Shown: positions 29,069 to 39,076, counted from the stretch's first letter. The stretch is DNA of 64,000 nt from Bacteroidales bacterium (GCA_050014255.1 JBEKDR010000006.1:7907-71906); one strand, 5' to 3'. Notes: generated by a model from the letters alone, not told the origin. Numbers and translations are program-made.

Positions 29069-29830
29069 ATGAAAAAATTATCCTTAACCCTGTTTGTTTT
29101 GTTCTGTCTGACTGTATTGTCGTCAGCTCAATCATCACGATTAAGTGGTGATTCAAAATATACCATTGGCATACTAGGCGGATTAAATATACCGCGACTA
29201 AGTGGCGGGAACGGCAATGAATTGAGCCGTGATTATACATCACGTTGGGGTGCTGCTTTTGGTTTGACAGCCTCCCTGGGCTTAGGATCAAATTTTAGTC
29301 TTACAGCTGATCTGTTATACTCGAGCGAAGGTGGTAAACGGAATGGAATACAGGCTTTTGATGCCTCTTCTGTTAATCCCCAGGTGCCTGCCGGAACATA
29401 TTTTTATGCAGATTATGACAATGAAAGCATTTTGAATTATTTTGAGATTCCGGTAATGCTGAAATATTTTATTCCTTTAAATAAATCATCAAAGTTTTTT
29501 GTTGATTTTGGACCTTATGTCGGATTTTTGCTGAATGCAAAACAGAAGACCAGCGGGTCAAGTATAATTTATGCTGACAGGGCAGAGACCATGGCAGTTG
29601 TTCCCGAAGCTCAGTCATTTAATGCCAATACCGATATAATGAACAGCATTAATCTGACCAATTTTGGCCTGACAGGCGGTGTGGGATTTGCACAAACAGT
29701 TAATTCCAGTGAGATTTTTTTGGATGCCCGTGGCGCATACGGATTGACCGTTATTCAAAAATACAGCCAGAATGGGAACAGTCATAACGGTAATTTATTG
29801 ATCGATCTTGGATACGCTTTACACTTTTAA
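29069..29830 (+). CDS. Outer-membrane beta-barrel (porin family/PorT-like) protein
   Basis: Signal peptide; GGLN, LNYFEIPVMLKY and GPYVGFLL motifs; C-terminal Phe. Confidence 0.82.
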   Translation: MKKLSLTLFVLFCLTVLSSAQSSRLSGDSKYTIGILGGLNIPRLSGGNGNELSRDYTSRWGAAFGLTASLGLGSNFSLTADLLYSSEGGKRNGIQAFDASSVNPQVPAGTYFYADYDNESILNYFEIPVMLKYFIPLNKSSKFFVDFGPYVGFLLNAKQKTSGSSIIYADRAETMAVVPEAQSFNANTDIMNSINLTNFGLTGGVGFAQTVNSSEIFLDARGAYGLTVIQKYSQNGNSHNGNLLIDLGYALHF

Positions 29831-29934
29831 AAGTTTACGGGATCGAGTGCTCAGCGTTCATGTTAGTCACCATTGCACCATTGGAGCGTTCTTCCCATGA
29901 GCCCTGAGCTCTGTGCACTGTGCCGTTTCGCCGT

Positions 29935-31050
29935 TTATTTATCAAAATTAATCTTTTTGAAATCAGCCAGTTTCAATGCTTCTTTCCGGTATATTTTGCG
30001 GGTATGCTTTTCGCCGTTGTCATCACTTATGCGGCTCAGACCAAAATAAGCATAAGCTGCATATTCATTCCCATACTTACCAAATAAAGAAATGTCACTT
30101 ATCCCGTTATTATAATAAAGCTGAGCCAGTTTATTATTATGATACCTTTTTTCCTGAAGGATAGCCTTTAAAACGAGGAGCTGTGCCTGAAAGAATTTAT
30201 TTCCTTCATCCTCCGGTGAAGCTGATATTAGTTTTTCAGCTTCGTCATATTTTTTCATGAGCAACAGATTTCTTATATATGTGGAAAGAAACATTACATT
30301 TTCAGGATACATCTCATGAAGTGTCTTACAGTAAAACAGACTCTCAGGAAGCTTATTCTCATAGTTCAAATAAATCAATGTAAGGAGAGAACATGATTCA
30401 GCTTTCAATACTATAGAGTTTATTGCGGCTGACTGCAATTCTTTTAATCCGGCTTCCATATCTCCGTGCGGGAACAGAAGAGCCAGTGATTTATACACCG
30501 GATATATCCTGGGATAAGCCTCACGGTAATAATTATAAACTCCTGTAAAATAGCATAAATCTGCAGAGACTGAGACAAAATCAAAGGCATGCCTCAAATG
30601 CTTATATGTACTTGTTGTAAGAGGAATAACCTCCAGAATCAGATCATTATCATCGTAAAACGTTAAAAGCATTCCCCTTGCGCATAAATCAGCCAATAAA
30701 TATTCTTCCTCATAATCCGGATTAATATTCGTTTCCGATAGCCTTATACATTGACGCATATCTTCCTCAAAGGAATCATGGAAAGGAGATGTATGAAGCA
30801 TAGGATAATTCTCCCAGTAAGTCATAATTCCTTTCAGAAGATATACAATCGGATGTCCGGGATACGGTTTGATAATCTTTGTGTAAACCTCATGGGCGCT
30901 ATCAAACTGCAGATTATAAATATAATCGACCTCTTGCCTGACCAGGTTCAAGGTAGCTGTATCCTGTAGCAGTTGTGCATTTGCCGCGGCAGAGGTCATA
31001 AACAATGCAAGGCCTGTGCATTTTATTATTATTTTAAACCTTCCGGTCAT
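29935..31050 (-). CDS. Secreted TPR-like helical protein
   Basis: Signal peptide; YNLQFDSA, GVYNYY and repeated helical pairs. Confidence 0.6.
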   Translation of the reverse strand: MTGRFKIIIKCTGLALFMTSAAANAQLLQDTATLNLVRQEVDYIYNLQFDSAHEVYTKIIKPYPGHPIVYLLKGIMTYWENYPMLHTSPFHDSFEEDMRQCIRLSETNINPDYEEEYLLADLCARGMLLTFYDDNDLILEVIPLTTSTYKHLRHAFDFVSVSADLCYFTGVYNYYREAYPRIYPVYKSLALLFPHGDMEAGLKELQSAAINSIVLKAESCSLLTLIYLNYENKLPESLFYCKTLHEMYPENVMFLSTYIRNLLLMKKYDEAEKLISASPEDEGNKFFQAQLLVLKAILQEKRYHNNKLAQLYYNNGISDISLFGKYGNEYAAYAYFGLSRISDDNGEKHTRKIYRKEALKLADFKKINFDK

Positions 31051-31214
31051 TGTTAAAGAAAATATCCGACATAAAATTATTAAAATCTTATTTAAATAGC
31101 TAACATAGAAAGATAAGCTATTTGTTATCTTTCCGTCATGCGGTCTCGCAATCAGACTTTTAGAATCCAGAGTATAACATAGCTCCTTTTGGAACTTAAA
31201 GTAAGAGTGTACTG

Positions 31215-31598
31215 TTATTTGTGTTTCTTTCTGATATAATCCCTGACGTTCAGAGATAGTGAAATTGCAAATGCCCCAAGGAAAAGATACAGCGTGACTT
31301 TATCAACGAGTGAAGGACTAAAGTCCAGACCCGTGAGTCTGTCTGCCAGATATTTAATATAGGAATCCGGGAGATCAGTTTTACCGAGATTTTCAAGAAT
31401 TCTGAAATGCCAGTCCGTCAGCGGACAATAACCTAATGTTCCGACAATGAGTCCTAAAAATAACCACGAGGCGCCTGTTAATGAAAGGACAATCAGGTTC
31501 AGAATCCTGGTTCTTTTCCACATCCAGCCGAAAAGGTTAAAGAATATCAACAAGGAATGGAAGCAAACAAAAAATATGTCGAGTATGTGCCAGATCAT
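31215..31598 (-). CDS. DUF2784 family membrane protein
   Basis: FH..LI.FNLFGW, GYCPLTDWH and SYIKYL. Start moved to ATG 31598. Confidence 0.8.
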   Translation of the reverse strand: MIWHILDIFFVCFHSLLIFFNLFGWMWKRTRILNLIVLSLTGASWLFLGLIVGTLGYCPLTDWHFRILENLGKTDLPDSYIKYLADRLTGLDFSPSLVDKVTLYLFLGAFAISLSLNVRDYIRKKHK

Positions 31599-31674
31599 AA
31601 CCGATAGTGTTTCTGTAAAGTTCGGCAAAACAAGTAAGATACAAAAGGTCACACAACACACGACCCAGAGTAAG

Positions 31675-31698
31675 AACGGCATAACGGCGCAGAGGCAA
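31675..31698 (+). repeat. Octamer array (AACGGCGC family)
   Basis: AACGGCAT AACGGCGC AGAGGCAA. Confidence 0.45.
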
Positions 31699-31722
31699 AA
31701 ATGAGATTTATTATGAAGTTAA

Positions 31723-32154
31723 TTATCTTAATAAATATTTATAAACATTTGTTTCATACCGCGTAAATCCTAATTTTTGATACAATTTATTAGCAGCAGT
31801 TCTTGATGGCCTTGACGTTAGTCCAATAGTCTTTGCACCCAAAGATCCGGAATAATTTATTGCAAAAAGCATCATTTCTTTACCAATCCCTTTACCTCTT
31901 TGAGTTTCATCAACTACCACATCTTCTATCCAGACTTTTGCTCCTGATGGCGTAAGATAAGTTCCGATTGTAAGCATCCCGACTATTTGTTTGTTATCAA
32001 GCTCGGCTATGAAAAAATGAACGTTTTCAGATGTTAAAATACTTTTAAAATACTGTTTAGCTGGTAATTCCTCATTTGAAGCAACCTGTGGAAGTAACCT
32101 TAAAACAGCTTCAAATACTCTTCTACTAAACCTGTTTATCTTTTTTATTTTCAT
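31723..32154 (-). CDS. GNAT family N-acetyltransferase
   Basis: IEDVVVDETQRGKGIG and AANKLYQKLGF. Confidence 0.92.
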   Translation of the reverse strand: MKIKKINRFSRRVFEAVLRLLPQVASNEELPAKQYFKSILTSENVHFFIAELDNKQIVGMLTIGTYLTPSGAKVWIEDVVVDETQRGKGIGKEMMLFAINYSGSLGAKTIGLTSRPSRTAANKLYQKLGFTRYETNVYKYLLR

Positions 32155-32211
32155 CTCGTAAAATGGTTTTCAGAGTATAACCAGATAGGAAGAGTGAAAC
32201 CACATCAGAAA

Positions 32212-32592
32212 TTAGTTTTCTTTCCTTGTCCCGGTAAATGTTCCCTCTCCCATTGTGCCAAAAACAACCTTCCCTTTCATGCTATTGCCATCTACCGTAC
32301 CGGTGTATTCCATAGCCAGATCTGAAGCAGAAAATTTTAAGTTGATTTTATTAACTTTAATGGTGCCGTTTACAGTAGCTTCTCCAAACTGACCTTTATA
32401 TGTTCCGATTATAAGGGTGTCATTTTCCTGCTTCAGAACAAATACAGGTGTACCTGAACCTGCACTTGTTTCAACCGTCATATTCCAGGTGCCGGTTATC
32501 TTCGCATGCTGAGCCTGAAATGAAACAGATAGCATCAGAACAATAGTTGAACATGCTATCGAAATTAAAAACATCCTTTTTGGCTTTTTCAT
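32212..32592 (-). CDS. Small secreted all-beta hypothetical protein
   Basis: Signal peptide; ITGTW..., YTGTVDGNSMKG. Confidence 0.65.
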   Translation of the reverse strand: MKKPKRMFLISIACSTIVLMLSVSFQAQHAKITGTWNMTVETSAGSGTPVFVLKQENDTLIIGTYKGQFGEATVNGTIKVNKINLKFSASDLAMEYTGTVDGNSMKGKVVFGTMGEGTFTGTRKEN

Positions 32593-32649
32593 AGGTTTAA
32601 TTTACTGGTCAGGTAAAGATAATGATATTTAATGGATGATTAAGGGGAT

Positions 32650-32697
32650 AACGGCGTAACGGCGCAAAGGCGTAATGGTGTAAAGGCGCAACGGCTT
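32650..32697 (+). repeat. Octamer array x6 (AACGGCGC family)
   Basis: AACGGCGT AACGGCGC AAAGGCGT AATGGTGT AAAGGCGC AACGGCTT. Confidence 0.7.
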
Positions 32698-34123
32698 AAC
32701 TGGGGAAAGACAATGCCTGGCTTCCAGGGGCTGACAGTTTCGTGGAATCATTATCGATAATAAGCACCCAGTCACCTTCTGAATTGGGGGTGAAAGTGCG
32801 AGATCCGGAAGTGGTATATGTTCCAATAAATATAGCTTCCCCACTGGAAGGATTATACCACCAGCATTTTGCTTTCTTCCCATGGATAATACTCATATCT
32901 ACTGTAACCGTGCGGTTTGAAGGCAGGTAAGCAATTATTGTATTTCCATTTGATGTAGAGGCACCGGCTACATAGTCTTTTAAACCCCATGTGCCATAAC
33001 CCGATGTTATTATACGATTTTCAAAATCAGGAATTAATGTTTGCCACGAGCGGGATCTGAACAATCTTTGAAGATAGTCCATACTTACCGAGCCATAATT
33101 ATCCATCTCTTTTTCCCAATTCGTTATCTTACACCATGTTTTAATGGATCCGAAATGCCAGATAGGGCAGTTTCCGAAAATATGTCCCATTGCACCTGAT
33201 AAAATTGCCCGGTAAGCCTGCGAACGAAGTTGCTGAGGCGTTGAATTATGTTCGTTTTCATAAGCTGATTCAATCTGATAATAAGGCATTACCGGCGATT
33301 TATTGTATGCTGTCTTATAATGTTTGTAAATTAATGAATCATAGCTATAAACATTATTTACTGACAGCCACGATTCATCAGGCCACGGAGTAACTGCCAT
33401 GGATTCCGGCTGATTATGTGCAGAGAAAAGATGAAGTGTGTCACAGTCACGGATTCCCTTCACCATCTCAAGAACTTTATCTTTCACCTGAGCAGGATTG
33501 GTGTCACCACCGATCAACCAGATAATATTACTAAAATTCTTATAACGGGTGCCCACATACTGCCCCCATGAGCGTAAATCGGCGAGCGAAGCAGTTTTTG
33601 CTTCAGCGCACCATCCTTCATCTTTACAATCATAACCAAGATACAGAGGCGCCAGCAATACAACTATATTCCGCCGGGCAGCAGCTTTAATAATATAGTC
33701 GGCATACGCAAAATATTTTTCATTGGGAGAAACAAACGGTTTATCAATAAATGGTAATTCACCATAAAAATTTGCAGGCGGGCTGGTGCAAAATTTATGT
33801 TCGATCAGGTTTACCATTATTACAGTAAAACCTTTCTCTTTCCTGTTATCTAAATACAGATCCACATCCTGTTTGCTCAACTGGGCAATAAGCGACCAGG
33901 CTGCGTCGCCAGACCAGAAGAAAGGCCGGTTGTTCTTATCAATAAGATAACGATTCCCCGGGCTTAACTTCAATGGATAAACATAAAGATCTATTCCCAT
34001 TATATCATGTTTTTTCTCGGTTTCTACGGCTTGTCCTTTACATATATTTCCGAAGACGAAAAATGCGATAAACATGACCAGGTATCTGCTACCTGCCGGA
34101 GGAATGATTTGTTTCATTGTCAA
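32696..34123 (-). CDS. DUF4038 / GH140 (apiosidase-like) glycoside hydrolase with C-terminal collagen-binding-like domain
   Basis: PFFWSGDAAW, NIIWLIGGD, ESAYENE, WYNPSSG and DWVLII. Confidence 0.82.
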   Translation of the reverse strand: MTMKQIIPPAGSRYLVMFIAFFVFGNICKGQAVETEKKHDIMGIDLYVYPLKLSPGNRYLIDKNNRPFFWSGDAAWSLIAQLSKQDVDLYLDNRKEKGFTVIMVNLIEHKFCTSPPANFYGELPFIDKPFVSPNEKYFAYADYIIKAAARRNIVVLLAPLYLGYDCKDEGWCAEAKTASLADLRSWGQYVGTRYKNFSNIIWLIGGDTNPAQVKDKVLEMVKGIRDCDTLHLFSAHNQPESMAVTPWPDESWLSVNNVYSYDSLIYKHYKTAYNKSPVMPYYQIESAYENEHNSTPQQLRSQAYRAILSGAMGHIFGNCPIWHFGSIKTWCKITNWEKEMDNYGSVSMDYLQRLFRSRSWQTLIPDFENRIITSGYGTWGLKDYVAGASTSNGNTIIAYLPSNRTVTVDMSIIHGKKAKCWWYNPSSGEAIFIGTYTTSGSRTFTPNSEGDWVLIIDNDSTKLSAPGSQALSFPS

Positions 34124-34953
34124 GCAATATTGAAATATAAAGATGTTACCAGTCTTTCAAGCTCTATAAGATCAATGGAATTTGGAAAGAATTCACCAAA
34201 CCAGCGGACACAACGATTGGCATTTAAAGGGATTCCGACAACCGGGATATTGTTTTTACAACAGTTCCTCATGCCCCACGCCAGTTCGGGTATGCATGCT
34301 ATCCCCAGAACGCCGAAAGATCTTCTTTCCATTGCCGGGTATTTTGCCAGTTGCTTCATATCTCCTCCCATCCATATATATGGTTCAATATGATTGGTTT
34401 TCAGTATTGTGCTGGCATGATTTTGAAAACACTTTGCAGAACAATGTTTGCACTGATAATCAAATGCGTTTTTTTCTGATTTGCACTTAACCGAAAAATC
34501 CTGAAGGCAATAAGGCATTAGGGCGATCTTTTTATCGGCCTTAAGAAATTCAGAAACAAGCAAACGGTTGGTCAGCTCGATCTCAAGCATATAAAGGTGA
34601 TATTGCTCTCTCGTGGTAGCAAGCCTTCGATCCCAGAATTTAGACAATGGAAGTGTTCTTAAGTGCTCATTTGTATTCTCCGTATACTTCTTAAGGTGAG
34701 GATCGATAAGGTTTAAAATGTCTGCCATCATGCTGCTGCTATCCTTAATTTCCAGGTACTTTTTCAAGGTTCTCTTTTTTGATGAGAACTTCCGGATGTT
34801 ATCAATCAGATGGAGGTGATCAGGATTCAAAACAAGGATTTTATCAGCGAGCATCCTTATTTCTTCATAATAGCCGGATGTTGAATCTGAATTCCCGAAT
34901 AACGAATAAGTTTTCCCGTTTACCGGAGAATATTCCGGACTGACTGATCTCAT
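34120..34953 (-). CDS. DUF116 domain protein (Cys-rich, probable metal or Fe-S binding)
   Basis: PYCL..C...CKHC..C, GVLGIACIPEL and VVGIPL..RC. Confidence 0.75.
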   Translation of the reverse strand: MRSVSPEYSPVNGKTYSLFGNSDSTSGYYEEIRMLADKILVLNPDHLHLIDNIRKFSSKKRTLKKYLEIKDSSSMMADILNLIDPHLKKYTENTNEHLRTLPLSKFWDRRLATTREQYHLYMLEIELTNRLLVSEFLKADKKIALMPYCLQDFSVKCKSEKNAFDYQCKHCSAKCFQNHASTILKTNHIEPYIWMGGDMKQLAKYPAMERRSFGVLGIACIPELAWGMRNCCKNNIPVVGIPLNANRCVRWFGEFFPNSIDLIELERLVTSLYFNIA

Positions 34954-35187
34954 GCTTTTAATTCTGTATTAATCACTCATTTTAATAACATCAAATTTAA
35001 ATTTAAATAAGGAAGTTTGAATAATTCAAAGAAGATTATTGGTGAGTTATTTCCTGTCGGATTTAAAGGGTATAAATTAAACATAAGCTATTATGATCTG
35101 TTATATGATTTATATCAGATTGTTATTCATATCTGATATATTATAAGATATATTATAAATAGAATCAGGTACATAATTGTTACAATC

Positions 35188-35634
35188 ATGAACTCAAAAA
35201 AAAGTCTTAAAACAATAATTTTAAGCACTGTTTACGACAACAGGGCAATACTTGTCAGGTTAATAGTAGGACTAATATTTCTGACTGAAGGGATACAAAA
35301 ATACTTGTTTCCTGAAATATTAGGAACGGGAAGGTTTTTACAAATAGGATTCAGCCATCCGGCATTCTGGGCTTATTTTACAGGGACTTTTGAAATTATT
35401 TGCGGCGCTTTTGTTTTATTTGGTTTGTTTACAAGGGTGGCTTCTATTCCATTATTAATAATTATGATTACTGCCTTTGTCACTACCAAATGGCCTATAC
35501 TTTTGCATAAAGGGTTCTGGGCGATGGCTCATGAATATCGTACCGATTTTGCTATGACTCTTCTTCTGATCTATTTGCTTTTTTATGGCAGTGGCAGTTA
35601 CTCAATTGATTCAAGAATTAGTAAATTTTCATAA
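35188..35634 (+). CDS. DoxX family membrane protein
   Basis: RLIVGLIFLTEGIQK, EIICG and GSGSYSID. Confidence 0.9.
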   Translation: MNSKKSLKTIILSTVYDNRAILVRLIVGLIFLTEGIQKYLFPEILGTGRFLQIGFSHPAFWAYFTGTFEIICGAFVLFGLFTRVASIPLLIIMITAFVTTKWPILLHKGFWAMAHEYRTDFAMTLLLIYLLFYGSGSYSIDSRISKFS

Positions 35635-35749
35635 AGAAAAACTTATATTTGAAAACCCATGGTAAAAAAATGAGTTGTAGTTGATAACAAATAGATTGAT
35701 ATTAGATTAAAAATCAAGAATTTAATAAATATAACCTGACAATAATGAT

Positions 35750-37537
35750 ATGAAAAAGATTTACAATGAAATGGCGCTAATGTTTTTAATAGTTGCAACT
35801 GGGATAAGATGTGTTGCCCAGGATGACAACAGGTCTTTACTTAAGAAGGTCATTCAGGAAAACCAGGAAATTGTGGATGCAATTGCAATGTACCCGACAG
35901 AGACAAGAAGGATAATATTTGAAGCTACTGAATACCCTGAAGTTATTGCCAAATTGAATGATATGCAAAAGAATTCAGAGGATGCATTTGAGAAACTAAT
36001 TTCATCTTTCAGCAAGGAAGAGCAGGAGAAAATATGGGACCTGACCCGTTATGATGGTTTAATATCTGATCTTGCTTCTAAGAATAATATGTCAGAAGAT
36101 GAAATCAATAATATACTGGTTAATTATCCTGAAGAAATACATAAAACCGCTTTAGAGGAACGAAAAAATAACTATGACCTGCTTGTTCAGATTGATAAAA
36201 TGAATAAAAGTTACAATTCAGATTTTGAACTATTGATGAGTGGTTACACTCCCGAAGTTATAAATGTTTTCAGAGAAATGATAAAGATGCCGGAAGTTCT
36301 GGATGTACTTTTCGACCATATGCAATATACTGTAGTTGTCGGAGATTATTATAAGAGGAATCCTGAAAGAGTTTTGCATAAGACAGATTCTTTAAACCTT
36401 GTATTAACTCAAAAAAATACACAGGAAGCTAACGATTGGAAACAAAGTATGAATGATAATCCCCAGGTAGAGGAAGAATATACCCAGGCAGCGCAAGAAT
36501 ATGCACAGGACAATGGATATCAGCCGCAGGATTATAATGCCTCAATGACACAGGATGTCACCAGTTATAGTCCTAATTCATATAATTGGTGGTTTGGCTA
36601 CCCTTCATGGTACCCTTACGATTACTGGAATCCTTATCCATACTGGTATGATTGGGGATTTTATTATGGTCCCGGCGGGCGTGCAGTTTTTTTCGGACTA
36701 CCCTCCGCATATTTCATGGAATGGTATTTTTATTCTCCTGAACATTCTTCTAAATACGCCGAATTATCAAACCATTATTATAATTACTATAACAAGCACC
36801 GCGAATCGCTGAATAATAACAGCATTAGTCATAGTGTGAATGATTGGCGGAACAGAAACAAGGATATTGTAACTGATGACTGGGACAAAGATAATTTTAA
36901 TAGAGCTCAGCGATTTAAAGAGTATGGTCAGATGGAAGCAGATAGAAGGAAATATAATACCAAAAATCCGCGACAACAGATGGAGCAATATGAATATGTA
37001 CAAAAGAAACAAAATAAATACCCATTATTATCTTCAGATGCTTCTAAAAATCAATTAAATAGAAGGGATTCTAAAACACAATTTGTCCAGGAAAATATAT
37101 CTGAACCGGTTAAGAAACCGACAGTTACGATACCTGCCTCTTATAAAGCTCCGGAAAATGAACAATTAAATAACAGACGTCCTGAACAAAACCTTCAACA
37201 ACAGAATAATAAGGTTCAAAATAACAATATAAATAAGCAACAACAATCAGTAATTACAAGTCCTCAGCCAAATAATGATGCTCCACAAAAGAGACCAGAT
37301 AATGTAAACATACAGCCAAAAAATCCTAATCCAAAGCAAACTGAAAATTTCAATCAGATAAGAAATGCCCAACAATATCATCAAAACACATGGAAACAAA
37401 TACAACCACAATCGCAAGTTGTTCAACAAACCAGACAACAAAACAATTTTAATACTCCCAGCCAGCAGAAAACCCCTCAGGTTGAGCGTCCGATTAAACA
37501 AAACAATCAAACTCAATCAAATGACAGGAGGAAATAA
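35750..37537 (+). CDS. Secreted hypothetical protein with a W/Y/P-rich segment and a Q/N-rich low-complexity tail
   Basis: 595-aa ORF with signal peptide; DAIAMYP motif (DUF3300-like); YNWWFGYPSWYPYDYWNPYPYWYDWGFYY. Confidence 0.65.
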   Translation: MKKIYNEMALMFLIVATGIRCVAQDDNRSLLKKVIQENQEIVDAIAMYPTETRRIIFEATEYPEVIAKLNDMQKNSEDAFEKLISSFSKEEQEKIWDLTRYDGLISDLASKNNMSEDEINNILVNYPEEIHKTALEERKNNYDLLVQIDKMNKSYNSDFELLMSGYTPEVINVFREMIKMPEVLDVLFDHMQYTVVVGDYYKRNPERVLHKTDSLNLVLTQKNTQEANDWKQSMNDNPQVEEEYTQAAQEYAQDNGYQPQDYNASMTQDVTSYSPNSYNWWFGYPSWYPYDYWNPYPYWYDWGFYYGPGGRAVFFGLPSAYFMEWYFYSPEHSSKYAELSNHYYNYYNKHRESLNNNSISHSVNDWRNRNKDIVTDDWDKDNFNRAQRFKEYGQMEADRRKYNTKNPRQQMEQYEYVQKKQNKYPLLSSDASKNQLNRRDSKTQFVQENISEPVKKPTVTIPASYKAPENEQLNNRRPEQNLQQQNNKVQNNNINKQQQSVITSPQPNNDAPQKRPDNVNIQPKNPNPKQTENFNQIRNAQQYHQNTWKQIQPQSQVVQQTRQQNNFNTPSQQKTPQVERPIKQNNQTQSNDRRK

Positions 37538-37692
37538 CTGATAAGAATTTTGTAACATATATTAATAGTACTTTATCTTCTAAACTTCCTGGCTGCAAGC
37601 ATTGCTTTCGCTGTTATTTTGTATCTGGATCTCACGATTCGTATCCCAACGAACACATGTTAACCAGATAAGATTCACCGTGCTCTCAAGTT

Positions 37693-37890
37693 TCATGCAC
37701 GGTCGTTTACGGATATCTTTCGGGTCTGATACATTTCAAGTTTTTCAGCAATTGTAAATTCTTTGCCACACTGGGTACAAACCCAGTTGACCAGAAAGGC
37801 TCCAACATAATATTCCTTCTCCAGGTGTGGATGATCGCATGGTTTTTTTCCCCAGGCACCCTTTACTTTTTGTGCAACATAGTATTCCAT
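37693..37890 (-). CDS. Small putative zinc-ribbon protein
   Basis: 65 aa; CDHP...CTQCG. Confidence 0.6.
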   Translation of the reverse strand: MEYYVAQKVKGAWGKKPCDHPHLEKEYYVGAFLVNWVCTQCGKEFTIAEKLEMYQTRKISVNDRA

Positions 37891-38030
37891 AAAACAATTA
37901 TTAAGATTATTTCATGATGATTGCAAGTCTGTTTACTCTTGTTTTTTAAACCATAAAGTTAGTTAATTTGTTTCTATTCCGGTTCTGTCAGATCCCACTC
38001 CCATTCTCCCAATACTCTTTTTTCCGCTCC

Positions 38031-38062
38031 GGGCCTTTATACCATTATGCCATTGCACCCTT
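38031..38062 (-). repeat. Octamer array (AACGGCGC family, reverse orientation)
   Basis: GGGCCTTT ATACCATT ATGCCATT GCACCCTT. Confidence 0.45.
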
Positions 38063-38102
38063 GTATCATTCTTCCTATCTTTGTTCTGCCAAGTCCCTCT
38101 AT

Positions 38103-38225
38103 ATGTATCAGAAAGATTATATACTGCGCATGATTGAGATGCTGGGTGAAATGATTGCCGGTATTCTTGGGCTAATCAAAAAAGGTGAGTTTGAGCAGGC
38201 GGTCCTGCCCTTCGGTTTGTTTTGA
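38103..38225 (+). pseudogene. Truncated DUF6483-like gene (5' 40 codons only)
   Basis: MYQKDYILRMIEMLGEMIAGILGLIKKGEFEQA then stop; TATCTTTG promoter box upstream. Confidence 0.6.
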
Positions 38226-38268
38226 ATGTTTGTACTTATACTTTTGTATTTCCTCAGAATTTCATAAA

Positions 38269-38360
38269 TTAGATAGCACTAATTTTTACGAATATGAAAA
38301 AATATCTTCTGTCTTTAATTTTGATTATCGTCCTGAGTTCATGGTCGCTACAGGACGGGA
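38269..38360 (+). repeat. Promoter + leader module, copy 3 (native 5' end of the DUF1080 gene)
   Basis: 77/92 nt identical to 22085-22176. Confidence 0.85.
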
Positions 38361-38944
38361 AATGGCGTCAGCTATTCAATGGCAAGGATTTAACAGGTTG
38401 GCAACAGGTTGGCCCGGGTAAATTCGTTGTCGAAGGAGGTCTGCTGAAAACAGTTGGCGGAATGGGCATGATCCTTTATCCTGCTGAAAAATTCAGTAAT
38501 GTTATTCTCAGGGTAGTCTATAAGGTGAAGGACAATGACTGCAATTCCGGAGTATTTATAAGAATACCTGAAAAACCGGCTGATGAATGGGTAGCTGTAA
38601 ATAAAGGCTATGAAGTTCAGATTGACAACGGAACAAGACATGTAGGCGGAGATTATCACTGTACCGGGGTTTTATATTCCCTGACAAAAGCGATGTCACA
38701 TCCGCAGAAGAAACCCGGAGAATGGAATACTATGGAAATAACGCTTGACGGTCAAAGAACCATTGTTAATGTCAACGGTGAAAAAGTAACTGATTTCAAA
38801 GAAGGAGATCCTGTGCCACCCAAAAAATTGGATTTTGAACCGAACAGGGGACCCAGACCGGAATCAGGTTATATTGGTTTGCAAAATCATGATTCCCTGT
38901 CGACAGTTTATTTCAGGGAGGTTGCTGTCAGACCATTGAAATAA
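38294..38944 (+). CDS. DUF1080 (3-keto-disaccharide hydrolase family) protein
   Basis: LFNGKDLTGW, NSGVFIR, GYEVQI, GEWN and GYIGLQNH. Confidence 0.92.
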   Translation: MKKYLLSLILIIVLSSWSLQDGKWRQLFNGKDLTGWQQVGPGKFVVEGGLLKTVGGMGMILYPAEKFSNVILRVVYKVKDNDCNSGVFIRIPEKPADEWVAVNKGYEVQIDNGTRHVGGDYHCTGVLYSLTKAMSHPQKKPGEWNTMEITLDGQRTIVNVNGEKVTDFKEGDPVPPKKLDFEPNRGPRPESGYIGLQNHDSLSTVYFREVAVRPLK

Positions 38945-39016
38945 CTATAAGATTTAAAGCATCAATCTTTAGCTACGCATTGCCTTTTAACCTGCTCCGG
39001 AGCGGAAAGAGGTTTA

Positions 39017-39048
39017 GTTCACTTTGTTCGCTTGTCTTGGAGTCTTGA
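39017..39048 (+). repeat. 32-bp direct repeat, left of the SDR + sterol reductase block
   Basis: GTTCACTTTGTTCGCTTGTCTTGGAGTCTTGA; 27/32 identical to 41086-41117. Confidence 0.75.
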
Positions 39049-39076
39049 AAGATTTTTACTTTTGTCTTTATCTGCA

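Noticed and set aside
35092-35146. FNR/Crp-like TGAT-N4-ATCA site upstream of DoxX
   Set aside because: Only the core matches (35106-35117) in very AT-rich DNA, so chance is likely.
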